This document shows, piece by piece, positions 19,948 through 29,425 of a stretch of 48,402 nucleotides of DNA (within the stretch, counting starts at the first letter, position 1; each line of letters begins with the position of its first letter). The DNA comes from Methanoculleus sp. (GTDB lineage: Archaea > Halobacteriota > Methanomicrobia > Methanomicrobiales > Methanoculleaceae): assembly GCA_035363235.1 (NCBI GenBank), contig DAOSER010000001.1, positions 1 through 48,402 of the forward strand, given 5' to 3'. The notes beneath the pieces are model-generated. The model was not told where the DNA came from, ran no database searches, and saw nothing but the letters and a program-made list of their open reading frames with translations. Both the position numbers and the translations under genes were made by a program.

Positions 19948-21372
19948 CTAAAACGGCCCGTCCTGTTCGAAACTCCTCCCATACCGGATGGCAAGTTCCG
20001 CCTTGAAGAGCTCTTTTCCGAGGTAGGCGGCGTGGTCGAGCCGGGAGAAGCTCCCGCTTGAAAGAAGTGTATAAAAGACATCTTCCCAGTGCCTTCCCCG
20101 CACAGCACGGCCCTGGTGAACCGCGACGATACAGTCCCCCTCGATGCCGATGCGGATGCATCCAAGCGGGTCGTAGGTGATATCGTCCGGCATGGGATGC
20201 GCATCCGTAACACTCTCGTACTCCAGCGGAGGCTCGCGCCGCCGCCGTTTTTCCTTCAGGATCAGGAGGTCGAGCCCCAGGTCTTTGGGATACGGGCGAT
20301 CAGTCATGAGTGCCATCATCTCTGTCGCCCGCCGCATCTCCGCGACCGACCCGAGGGTCTTGTCGCTGTGTTCGCTCGTGAAGACGACGGCGGCGCCGAC
20401 CTCGTGCGCCATCCCCGCGAGCAGCGCGTTCGCCCCGGGAGAGTCGGCGTCCAGCAGTTCCACGACGTTGCCGGCCCCGAAGAAGAGCGGACGCGGAGTC
20501 TCGGAAAACCCGGCGAGCGATCCGGCGAGGCCGGACCCCACGGGCTGGAGCAGGGGATCGGCTATCACGCAGCAGATTCCGGCCGCTTCGGCGGCAGCAA
20601 GGTTTTCAGGGAGCGTTCGCTCGCGGGGCACCACGACCGCCGCGGCTCCGGCCTGTGCGACCGCTTTCCCGACGGCGGGGATGTTTCCCTCGTGCAGGGA
20701 GAGCACCAGATCGGCGCGGGGGAGCGCCGCCGCGATGAGGGAGGGATCCTGCGTGTCGACGGCGAGAGGCCCTTCGACCCCGCTGAGGGCCGAAAAACAC
20801 CGTTCGACGTCGTCCGGGGCCGCGTCGAACCCGAACCCCAGGTCGACGATATCGGCCCCGTCGGCAAAGAACCGCCGGACGTCGGCAAGGAGGTCTTCGC
20901 GCTTATGCGCATCCATGATCTCCGCGAGCACCTTTATCCTCGAACCCCCGCCGATCTTTATGCCGCGGAGGATGAAATCCGCCTCCGCCTCCGCCTCGCG
21001 GAGCGCCACCTGCCGGCAGGCCTCCTCGCGGCGCGTCTCTGCGAGGAACTCGTCGGCGGGGACGGTCTTTGAGAGCCGGACGCGATCCAGCACCGAAAGG
21101 ACCAGCGGGAGGTCCGCCGCATGCCGCGGGCCGCGGTAGACCGGGACGCCGGTCTCGCGCTCGACGGCGGCAAAGGATGCGGTGCACATCCCGGAGACGA
21201 TCGCCATGTCGTAGTTGCCGCCAAAGAGCAGCCTCCGGAGTTCGCCGGGGGTAAGAAACGACGCGATCTCGCCGGTTATTGCCACATCTATCTTATAGCG
21301 GTCGCCGAAGCGCCGAGCTGCTGCTTTCACGATTTCGGCTGTTGCCGATCCGGTCGGGAGGAGAATGTGCAT
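19948..21372 (-). CDS. Dihydropteroate synthase-like protein with C-terminal DUF4346
   Basis: GPRHAADLP, VLAEI, GADIVDLG, VDT, GAGNVVELLDADSPG, PKDLGLDLL, HAAYLGKELFKAE. Confidence 0.88.
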   Translation of the reverse strand: MHILLPTGSATAEIVKAAARRFGDRYKIDVAITGEIASFLTPGELRRLLFGGNYDMAIVSGMCTASFAAVERETGVPVYRGPRHAADLPLVLSVLDRVRLSKTVPADEFLAETRREEACRQVALREAEAEADFILRGIKIGGGSRIKVLAEIMDAHKREDLLADVRRFFADGADIVDLGFGFDAAPDDVERCFSALSGVEGPLAVDTQDPSLIAAALPRADLVLSLHEGNIPAVGKAVAQAGAAAVVVPRERTLPENLAAAEAAGICCVIADPLLQPVGSGLAGSLAGFSETPRPLFFGAGNVVELLDADSPGANALLAGMAHEVGAAVVFTSEHSDKTLGSVAEMRRATEMMALMTDRPYPKDLGLDLLILKEKRRRREPPLEYESVTDAHPMPDDITYDPLGCIRIGIEGDCIVAVHQGRAVRGRHWEDVFYTLLSSGSFSRLDHAAYLGKELFKAELAIRYGRSFEQDGPF

Positions 21373-21416
21373 AACACTTGACTTATTATTCAGAGGATGA
21401 CAAATAATCTGATCTC

Positions 21417-22082
21417 ATGTTGCGGTGCGACCTGCATGTCCATACAAGGTTCTCCAGGGACGGAGAGAGCAGTGTGGAGGAGATACTCCGGCGAGCGGAG
21501 GCGGTCGGCCTCGACGCCGTCGCGATCACCGACCACGATACGGTGGAGGGCGCCCGCTACGCCCTCCGGTGCGACACCTCCGTGACCGTGATCCCGGGCA
21601 CCGAGATCTCGACGAGACAGGGCCACCTGCTCGCTCTCGGGGTCACCGATCCCCTGCCGGCAGGGCGCGATTTCTTCGAGACCGTCGCCCTGGCCCGTGC
21701 CCGGGGCGCCCTCCTCATCCTCCCGCACCCCTACCATCGCTGGCGCCACGGCGTCGGGAGGAGGCTCGCGGCAGGTATCGGCGCGGTGGATGCGGTGGAG
21801 GTCTTCAACAGCCGCTACATCACCGGGTCAGCGAACCGGAAGGCTGCGGTCATCGCACGAAGGTTCGGGAAACCCGGCGTTGCCGGGAGTGACGCCCACA
21901 ACGCACGCTACGTCGGGTTCGGGGTAACCTACGTCACGGCGGAGCCGGATGCAGCCTCTATCCTCTCCGCAATCAGGAAGGGGCGGACGATGGCAGGGGG
22001 GAGGATGACCCCGCTCCATACCTACACCCGCCAGTCCATCAGGGGCGCTCTTCGTAGAATTCGGCGAACGGTATACCAATGA
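21417..22082 (+). CDS. PHP domain phosphoesterase
   Basis: DLHVHT, AITDHD, GTEIS...GHLL, PHPY, GSDAH. Confidence 0.9.
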   Translation: MLRCDLHVHTRFSRDGESSVEEILRRAEAVGLDAVAITDHDTVEGARYALRCDTSVTVIPGTEISTRQGHLLALGVTDPLPAGRDFFETVALARARGALLILPHPYHRWRHGVGRRLAAGIGAVDAVEVFNSRYITGSANRKAAVIARRFGKPGVAGSDAHNARYVGFGVTYVTAEPDAASILSAIRKGRTMAGGRMTPLHTYTRQSIRGALRRIRRTVYQ

Positions 22083-22891
22083 AACTGGCGTTCCGCTTCT
22101 CATACTCTGGGGACCGATTCTTCGGCTCGCAGATGCAGCCGGGACTCCGCACTGTGGAGGGCGAGTTCATCGAGGCCTGCAGACTTCTTGGGCTCTTCGA
22201 CGACTGGCGGGAGGCAGGATTTGTCACCGCAGGCCGCACCGATCGCGGAGTGCATGCCCGGAGCCAGGTCTGCTCGTTCTCGACCGATGAGCCGGACCGG
22301 GCGGTTCAAGCGCTGAACAGGGTGCTCCCGGCCGACATCTGGTGTACGGCGTGGGCCGGGGTGCCGGCCGGGTTCCACCCCCGGTACAGTGCCGCATCGA
22401 GGACCTACCGTTACTACTTCTTCGCCCCGGAAAACGTCGCCGCCATGCATGAAGCGGCACAGGAATTCCTCGGGCGGCACGACTTCTCCTCGTTCGCCCG
22501 CGTCGGCGACCGGAACCCGGAGAGGAGGATCCTTACGGCACGGGTCTTTGCGGATGGACCGTTTGCCGTCTTCGAGGTGACAGGGGAAAGTTTCCTCTGG
22601 AATATGGTCCGGTGCATGGCGACGGCGCTCGAACGGGTGGGGCGAGGCGATGCCGCCGCCGGAGAGATCGCACGCCTCCTTGCCGAACCGGCAGAGCAGA
22701 GAATTCCTGCGGCTCCTCCCGACGGACTGATCCTCTGGGATATCGACTATGGGATCTCCCTTACACCGCTCCCGATCGATGAGAAGAGTCGCCGGCACCT
22801 TGTCGACCGCCGCCGCTATCACGCCGTCATGGCGGAGGTGGCCGCATGCCTGGTACCGGAGGACCGGCAGCTGGACACACACAGGATATAA
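22079..22891 (+). CDS. truA: tRNA pseudouridine(38-40) synthase
   Basis: [36 protein letters not shown]. Confidence 0.93.
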   Translation: MKLAFRFSYSGDRFFGSQMQPGLRTVEGEFIEACRLLGLFDDWREAGFVTAGRTDRGVHARSQVCSFSTDEPDRAVQALNRVLPADIWCTAWAGVPAGFHPRYSAASRTYRYYFFAPENVAAMHEAAQEFLGRHDFSSFARVGDRNPERRILTARVFADGPFAVFEVTGESFLWNMVRCMATALERVGRGDAAAGEIARLLAEPAEQRIPAAPPDGLILWDIDYGISLTPLPIDEKSRRHLVDRRRYHAVMAEVAACLVPEDRQLDTHRI

Positions 22892-23161
22892 AACTTCTCA
22901 ATGTGGCAACAGAGTGTAGTGAGGAGCGGGAAACAGACCAATCTTCTTATCGCTGTTTTCGAAAGGATCAGACCGCAGGCAATAGATCTTCCAAAAGCGG
23001 TGCGGCAGGAGAAATCGAACGTCACCCCCCCCATCCAGGGCCGCTGAATTTAATGCTTCCGGATAACGATCCCGGATGTGACCCGATATGGCCGGAATCG
23101 TGACGTGGTTATGCTTCACCCCCTCATATCGCAAGGTAACAGCCTTTCTTTCTCGACTCAA

Positions 23162-23270
23162 GATATTTAAATATCATGATCAGGATTTAAGCATGCGTTT
23201 GTTAAACAAAATAGATCTATTTTTAGAATAATTAACAGTTTTTGGTTAATAATAACCTATTAATATATGC
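23162..23270 (+). promoter_or_regulatory. AT-rich promoter region of the glycan operon with several palindromes
   Basis: GATATTTAAATATC (23162-23175), AAAATAGATCTATTTT (23208-23223), TATA-like TATTAATATA near 23258-23267. Confidence 0.6.
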
Positions 23271-23274
23271 CAGC

Positions 23275-23294
23275 ACAGTCCCGTTTCAGTACGT
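23275..23294 (+). repeat. 20-bp leader motif, copy 1 (ACAGTCCCGTTTCAGTACGT)
   Basis: 18/20 identical to 33346-33365. Confidence 0.6.
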
Positions 23295-23310
23295 CAAGAG
23301 GGGAAAGCGG

Positions 23311-24465
23311 ATGTACGACAAGGATCCGGTTCGGGCGAGGCCACCCGTTCACGCCGAGGGGTGGTTCGCCGAAGAAACAGCTGTGCCGTTGCCACAGTAC
23401 ATAGATGCAGAGGAGGACAGATGGATCGAACGATATGTACCCCGGAACATCGGACAGGAGAGCCCGATAGGTATTCCTGCCCTCCGCCTTGAAGTCCAGG
23501 AGCAGGTCAATCCTCTACGGACACCGACGGCTCCGGGGAACCGGCGGGTGGTGAGCGGGACCGCCGAGGCTGCCGCCATCCCTTCCCGGCGGTCGAGCGT
23601 GATGAGAACACTCGTGGCGATCCCCTGTTTCGATGAGGAGGTTGCGATTGGCTCCGTCGTCCTGCGAGCCCGGCAGCATGTCGACGAAGTTCTGGTGATC
23701 GACGATGGATGCACGGACAACACCGCAGGGGTTGCCCGGGATGCCGGAGCGATCGTCATCTCGCACGGAGCCCGGAAGGGGAAGGGACAGGGGATCAAGA
23801 GCGCTCTTAAGTATGCGGTCGATCACAATTTCGACTGCCTGGTCCTCATGGATGGAGACGGCCAGCACAACCCCGGTGAGATACCGCTCCTGGTCGAGCC
23901 GATCCTCGCCGACACCGCCGACCTCGTCATCGGGTTTCGGGCCTTCAACCAGATGCCCTTCTACCGGCGGTTCGGCCGGGCAGTGCTCGATATCGCCTCA
24001 AGCAACGGCAGTTCGATAACCGACTCCCAATGCGGCTTTCGGGCACTGAACAGGAAAACCATGGAGTCGATGCTCGGCACGCTACGGAAGGACGACTTTT
24101 CAACCGAATCGGAGATGCTCCGGATAGCTCAGGAAAAACACCTGCGTATCGGGGAAACGCCGATCAACTGCAAGTACGGTGATTTCGACACATCCACCAA
24201 GAACCCTCTGTCTCACGGATTAGAGGTACTCGGATCGATATTCTGGCTCGCCGTGGAGGAGAAGCCTCTCCTGCATGTCGGCCTGCCGGGGCTTGCCGCG
24301 ATGCTTGCCGGAGTATTTTTCTTCCTCCAGTTCCTCCGGGGATTCAGTGAAACGGGTCTCGTCCCAATTGAACAGGGCATGCTTGCATCGCTCCTCCTGA
24401 TCCCGGGGGCCGTCGCACTCATGCTGGGCCTGATGCTTGCTCTCATTGCAAGAATGCGGGAGTGA
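23311..24465 (+). CDS. Glycosyltransferase family 2 (DPM synthase-like) with two C-terminal TM helices
   Basis: VAIPCFDEE, VIDDGCTD, GKGQG, MDGDGQH, DSQCGFRA. Start is 23311 (SD GAGGGG) or 23602. Confidence 0.88.
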   Translation: MYDKDPVRARPPVHAEGWFAEETAVPLPQYIDAEEDRWIERYVPRNIGQESPIGIPALRLEVQEQVNPLRTPTAPGNRRVVSGTAEAAAIPSRRSSVMRTLVAIPCFDEEVAIGSVVLRARQHVDEVLVIDDGCTDNTAGVARDAGAIVISHGARKGKGQGIKSALKYAVDHNFDCLVLMDGDGQHNPGEIPLLVEPILADTADLVIGFRAFNQMPFYRRFGRAVLDIASSNGSSITDSQCGFRALNRKTMESMLGTLRKDDFSTESEMLRIAQEKHLRIGETPINCKYGDFDTSTKNPLSHGLEVLGSIFWLAVEEKPLLHVGLPGLAAMLAGVFFFLQFLRGFSETGLVPIEQGMLASLLLIPGAVALMLGLMLALIARMRE

Positions 24466-24502
24466 GCTGAAGTGAACAATGCGATGCAGAGGAGGGTGTA
24501 GA

Positions 24503-25582
24503 ATGATCGGAGTGATACTCGGCACACGGCCGGAGATCATCAAGATGTCTCCAGTCATCAGGGAGTGCGAACGCAGAGGGATTGACTACTTTATCCTTCA
24601 TACGGGGCAGCACTACTCCTATGAGATGGACCGGCTCTTCTTCGAGGAGCTTGAACTCCCGGATCCGAACTACAGCCTCGATGTGGGTTCCGGAACCCAT
24701 GCCGGCCAGACGGCGAAGATCATGACCGGGGTCGAGGACGTCCTCTTAAAAGAGTCACCCGATATCGTCCTAGTGCAGGGAGACACGAATACCGTCATGG
24801 CCGGAGCTCTCGCGGCATCAAAACTCCATGTGCGGGTGGGGCACATCGAAGCGGGCCTGCGGAGCTTCAACCGCTGGATGCCGGAAGAGATCAACCGGGT
24901 GCTGACCGATCATATCTCGGATTACCTTTTTGCACCCACAGAGACCGCCCGGGAGAATCTCCTCGCAGAGGGGATCTCCGACCGAAAGATCTGCGTGACG
25001 GGCAACACTGTCGTCGATGCGATATACCAGAACCTCGACATAGCGAAGAAGAAAGGCAACGTCTTAAAAGACCTCGACCTCGAGCCCCGCGAATACTTCC
25101 TCGTCACCGCACACCGGCAGGAGAACGTGGACAACCGGACACGGCTCAGGGAGATCTTGAAAGGCCTTGAGGGGGTGCAGAAAGAGTTCTCCCTGCCGGT
25201 CGTCTTCCCGGTCCACCCAAGAACCGAGAAACGGATCAAGGAACTCGGCATCGGTGTCGACGGGTTGAACCTCACCAAACCCTTCGGGTTCCTGGAGTTT
25301 CTGCAGCTGGAGTCGCAGGCAAAACTTGTGCTGACGGATTCCGGCGGCGTCCAGGAGGAGACCTGCGTTCTCGGTGTTCCCTGTGCTACGATGCGCTACG
25401 ACACGGAGCGGCCCGAGACACTGGATGTCGGATCGAACATTCTGGTAGGAGCCGATTCGGGGAAGATCCTTGAAGGAGTCCGCTCGATAGCAGCCTGGAA
25501 GACCGGCTGGAAGAACCCCTACGGCGATGGGATCGCTGGAAAGATGATTGTCATGATCTGTGCAGCCGCACGGTCTCAATGA
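24503..25582 (+). CDS. wecB: UDP-N-acetylglucosamine 2-epimerase (non-hydrolysing)
   Basis: GTRPEIIK, HTGQHY, QGDTNT, HIEAGLRS, PEEINR, TDSGGVQEE, NPYGDG. Confidence 0.95.
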   Translation: MIGVILGTRPEIIKMSPVIRECERRGIDYFILHTGQHYSYEMDRLFFEELELPDPNYSLDVGSGTHAGQTAKIMTGVEDVLLKESPDIVLVQGDTNTVMAGALAASKLHVRVGHIEAGLRSFNRWMPEEINRVLTDHISDYLFAPTETARENLLAEGISDRKICVTGNTVVDAIYQNLDIAKKKGNVLKDLDLEPREYFLVTAHRQENVDNRTRLREILKGLEGVQKEFSLPVVFPVHPRTEKRIKELGIGVDGLNLTKPFGFLEFLQLESQAKLVLTDSGGVQEETCVLGVPCATMRYDTERPETLDVGSNILVGADSGKILEGVRSIAAWKTGWKNPYGDGIAGKMIVMICAAARSQ

Positions 25583-25601
25583 CTGCTCAAGGAAGATGCA
25601 C

Positions 25602-26975
25602 ATGAAGATTTGCGTGATGGGATTAGGATACATAGGATTGCCGACCGCACTGCTGTTTGCGGCTCACGGAGCGGATGTCGTAGGCGTCGACGTGAAGCAA
25701 AGCCTGGTGGATTGCCTGAATCACGGGAACCTGCCGTTCAAGGAGCCGGGGCTCGAAGACCTGTACCGCAAGGCAAGAGGGCGGTTCTGTGCCAGGACCG
25801 AACCCGAGGCCGCGGACGTCTTTCTGATTGCCGTGCCGACACCCCTGGATCCGGCAACAAGGGTCTCAAACCTTTCGTACGTCAAGAAGGCAGCCGACAT
25901 GATCGCCCCACGCCTTGCCGGAGGGAACCTGGTCATCCTCGAATCGACCGTCCCGCCCGGGACAAGCGAACGGGTCGTGATCCCGAGACTCGAGAAGAGT
26001 GGTGTCGCTGTCGGTGACTTTCTGTACGCTCACTGTCCTGAGCGGGCGATCCCCGGGCGGACCCTTCAGGAGATGGCGGGCAACTGCCGCATCATCGGGG
26101 GGTACGACCGTGACTCCACCGAGCAGGCGACCTCGATCTACCAGACCTTCGTCCGCGGGCAGATATACCAGACCGATACGCGGACGGCGGAGTTTGTCAA
26201 ACTGATGGAGAACACCTGCCGCGACGTGAACATTGCGCTCGCGAACGAGTTCGCCCAGCTCGCGGAGGAGTGCAGGATCAATGTCTGGGAGGCCATCACC
26301 CTCGCGAACAAGCATCCCCGGGTCACCGTTCTCAACCCCGGCCCGGGCGTCGGGGGCCACTGCATCGCCATCGACCCCTGGTTCCTGACCGAGAACTCAA
26401 CGCGGTGCAGAATGGTTTCCACAGCGCGGGAGATCAACGATTCCATGCCGAACTACGTGCTGCACGTCACCCGCAGCCTGCTTTCCGGCATCAGAAACCC
26501 GACGATCAGCGTCTTCGGCGTCGCCTACAAGGGCAATATCAGCGACACCCGCGAGAGTCCGGCGTTCAAATTCATTCAACTTGCCGAGAATGAAGGGTAT
26601 TCTATCAGGTGCCACGATCCGCACGTGGTGGAATTCCCGCACCCCCTCATGGATGCAATGGACGCAGCGGCCGGGAGCGACTGTATCGTTTTCCTCACCG
26701 ATCACGACTGCTTCCGGATGATAGAACCCGCGACGCTTCGCATGAGAACGAAACTTGTCATAGATGCCCGCAATATTCTCGACCACGAGAAGTGGACCGA
26801 TCAGGGTTTTGCTGTCCGCATACTGGGTGACGGTTCATTGGTGCAGCCGGCACCGCGGGGTGAGATCACGGCCCCGGCAAGCCTGTATCCCGCAGGTTCT
26901 GCGCGGTCGATCGCATCTCCATCGCCACCGTCTGTTTCCCTGCTCTCTCCGAACGGGCGGGAGGGCCTCCTTTAG
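25602..26975 (+). CDS. wecC: UDP-N-acetyl-D-mannosamine dehydrogenase (nucleotide-sugar dehydrogenase)
   Basis: GLGYIGLP, ESTVPPG, CPER, KLMENT, GVGGHCIAIDP, AYKGN..DTRESP. Confidence 0.9.
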   Translation: MKICVMGLGYIGLPTALLFAAHGADVVGVDVKQSLVDCLNHGNLPFKEPGLEDLYRKARGRFCARTEPEAADVFLIAVPTPLDPATRVSNLSYVKKAADMIAPRLAGGNLVILESTVPPGTSERVVIPRLEKSGVAVGDFLYAHCPERAIPGRTLQEMAGNCRIIGGYDRDSTEQATSIYQTFVRGQIYQTDTRTAEFVKLMENTCRDVNIALANEFAQLAEECRINVWEAITLANKHPRVTVLNPGPGVGGHCIAIDPWFLTENSTRCRMVSTAREINDSMPNYVLHVTRSLLSGIRNPTISVFGVAYKGNISDTRESPAFKFIQLAENEGYSIRCHDPHVVEFPHPLMDAMDAAAGSDCIVFLTDHDCFRMIEPATLRMRTKLVIDARNILDHEKWTDQGFAVRILGDGSLVQPAPRGEITAPASLYPAGSARSIASPSPPSVSLLSPNGREGLL

Positions 26976-27041
26976 TCCCCACACATGGTTTGACAATCAG
27001 CCGGCCTCCGGCAACCGTATCCAGACACCACGAGGAATTTC

Positions 27042-28250
27042 ATGAAACAGGTATGCATCATATCACAACATTTTCCGCCAGACAAATCAGGGAACGCATC
27101 ACGCATTTATGATACCGCTGCACATCTCGTAAAATTGGGTATCAGCGTGACCGTGCTCGCGCCGCATCCCACGTTCCCCACCGGCTCGTTCTCCCGCACC
27201 TGGAAACGGTTGGATGTGCAGGATATCGACGGAATCCGCGTTGTACGGCTCTGGGCCTGGCAGCCGAACTCAGGGGACCCCGAATTTATAAGCAGGATGG
27301 CCTACTACCTCCTCTTCCCGATCCACGCCACCCTCTGGCTCCTGTTCACCCGGAACCGGTTCGATGCCATCGTTACGTCGGCACCGCCTCTTTTCACCGG
27401 AATCCCGGGGTATGTCCTGAAACGGATCTCTAAGACGAAGTGGATCCTTGATATCCGCGATCTCTGGATCGACGCATCGATAAGTCTCGGTTTCATCCGG
27501 GAGGGAAGCCTTTACGAGAAGATGAGCCGGGGGCTCGAGCAGATGTGCCTTTCGCAGGCGGATCTCGTCGGGGTCACGACGGAGGAACTCGGGCGGAGGA
27601 TCTTGTCGCGCTACCGGGTCACAGCGCCCATGGAGTTGATGCCGAACGGTGTCAACACCGACTTCTTTCGCCCGACGAACGGCGGAAAGAAGCGGCGGAT
27701 CATTTACGCCGGCAACGTCGGGCATGCCCAGGATCTTGATAAGGTAGCTCTTGCCGTCAAATCGATGAACGGCACCTATAACCTGAAGTTCCTCATCGTC
27801 GGTGACGGTGACACGAAGGAGAACCTTGAGAGGCTGGTGAGAGCTGAGAGCTTGACTGACTCGATCGTCTTTATGGGCACCCTTCCGCGCGAGGAGATCC
27901 CGCAGCTGCTCTCTGAATCGCTTGTGGGGGTGGCACCATTAAAGAGGCTTGATAACCTCGAGTACGCCGCTCCCACCAAGGCTTACGAGTACATGGCATG
28001 CGGCATACCCTTCGTCGGCTGCGGGAGCGGCGAGATCGCCCATCTCGCAAAAGAGTCGGGCGGAGGGATCATCGCTGATAACACCCCCGAAGCGATCGCT
28101 GAGGCGCTTTCTGCGCTCCTGGACGACCCGGAGAGGATGGAGGAGATGGGGCGGCGGGGCCGGGAGTATGTCACCGAGCACTACGACCGGCGATCGGTCG
28201 CCCTCAAACTGAAGCAGTGCATCGAGAGGATAACATGGACCAGCGCCTGA
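27042..28250 (+). CDS. Glycosyltransferase family 4 (WbuB-like)
   Basis: SQHFPP, DIRDLW, PNGV, YAGNVG.AQ, PTKAYEYMACG. Confidence 0.92.
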   Translation: MKQVCIISQHFPPDKSGNASRIYDTAAHLVKLGISVTVLAPHPTFPTGSFSRTWKRLDVQDIDGIRVVRLWAWQPNSGDPEFISRMAYYLLFPIHATLWLLFTRNRFDAIVTSAPPLFTGIPGYVLKRISKTKWILDIRDLWIDASISLGFIREGSLYEKMSRGLEQMCLSQADLVGVTTEELGRRILSRYRVTAPMELMPNGVNTDFFRPTNGGKKRRIIYAGNVGHAQDLDKVALAVKSMNGTYNLKFLIVGDGDTKENLERLVRAESLTDSIVFMGTLPREEIPQLLSESLVGVAPLKRLDNLEYAAPTKAYEYMACGIPFVGCGSGEIAHLAKESGGGIIADNTPEAIAEALSALLDDPERMEEMGRRGREYVTEHYDRRSVALKLKQCIERITWTSA

Positions 28251-29425
28251 AATCGCTCCTTTCGCGGGTTACCGGGGAGGTCCGCGAACTCGCCGTCGTT
28301 GACGGCGGGACCGCATACATCCGTGACCCGGTCTTCGGCATCATCCGGAACCGCGTGCACGCTGAGGTCTGTAAGGCGATGCTCCGTCTGGGCGGCGACC
28401 CGCTTGTGGACCCGATCCTGAACTATGTCGCAGGATGCCAGAACCCGGACGGGTCCTACAACGAGATCCACGTCAATTATAATGAGCCTTCGGCCCTGAT
28501 CACCGCGTTTATCGGCGATGCGTTCCTGGAGGCGGCGAACCGGCATCCGCACGAGGATGCGCTCCGGAAGGCCCGGGACTTCGTCCTCGCGGCCGAACGG
28601 CGGCCGGGGTATTTCCTGAAATCTGCAGGGTATACCGCCGATCACTTAAACGTCGATGCTTCGTGCGGAGCGTTCCTTGCCCGGTATGCGGAACGCTACG
28701 GCGACGAGGACACCCATGCGGCCGCACACCGGGCGGCGGAGAATGTCATCCGCCACCAGTGTAAATGCGGCTTCTACCCCTATGCGGTCGACAGAGGAAC
28801 CTACCCGTACGTCTTCAAACTCCCCTGCGTGCACTACCAGGGGGTGACAATGTACTATCTGGCGAAGATAAACGACGTGCTTCGCGACGACCAGATCGAC
28901 GAAAGCCTCGCAAAAGGCGCCAGGTGGCTCGCGGCCGCCCAGCGTCCCGACGGGCGGTTCGACTGGTCGAAGAGCGGCCTGTCATTCGCCTACTACCTTT
29001 CCGGGGCGTACGCGTTTGCCCAGGCCTCCTTTGTCTATACGTCACGGATGGATGGCCGTTATCGGGAGCACGCCGACCTCTGCCTTGATTGGCTCGATAA
29101 GAACGTACAGGGGCTCGCCCCCCGGTGGGAGCCGGCCCCCTGGATCGATCTCGTCCCGTCCGTCGCCACGACGGCAAAGACGGCGTCGCTTGGGAGGTAT
29201 CCGCTGCGGCACCGGGCGTTCCGGTTCGGCTACGGCATGTACCGGCAGATTGCGCGTCGGCGTTACGGCGAGACCGCAGAGACGCGGTCTTTCGAGGCGT
29301 TCTGCCGGCTGCTCGGGATCCGAACGTCGACCGTGGAGCCGTCGAATAACTTCCCCGATCTCTTCATGACATCAGAGATGCTCGACTGCCTCAGCCAGGC
29401 AGGAGTATGGGGGGAGCATACATGA
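28235..29425 (+). CDS. Hypothetical protein, probable alpha/alpha-toroid with QxxDG (prenyltransferase/QW-like) repeats
   Basis: CQNPDGSY and AQRPDGRFDW motifs; translationally coupled within the glycan operon. Confidence 0.7.
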   Translation: MDQRLKSLLSRVTGEVRELAVVDGGTAYIRDPVFGIIRNRVHAEVCKAMLRLGGDPLVDPILNYVAGCQNPDGSYNEIHVNYNEPSALITAFIGDAFLEAANRHPHEDALRKARDFVLAAERRPGYFLKSAGYTADHLNVDASCGAFLARYAERYGDEDTHAAAHRAAENVIRHQCKCGFYPYAVDRGTYPYVFKLPCVHYQGVTMYYLAKINDVLRDDQIDESLAKGARWLAAAQRPDGRFDWSKSGLSFAYYLSGAYAFAQASFVYTSRMDGRYREHADLCLDWLDKNVQGLAPRWEPAPWIDLVPSVATTAKTASLGRYPLRHRAFRFGYGMYRQIARRRYGETAETRSFEAFCRLLGIRTSTVEPSNNFPDLFMTSEMLDCLSQAGVWGEHT

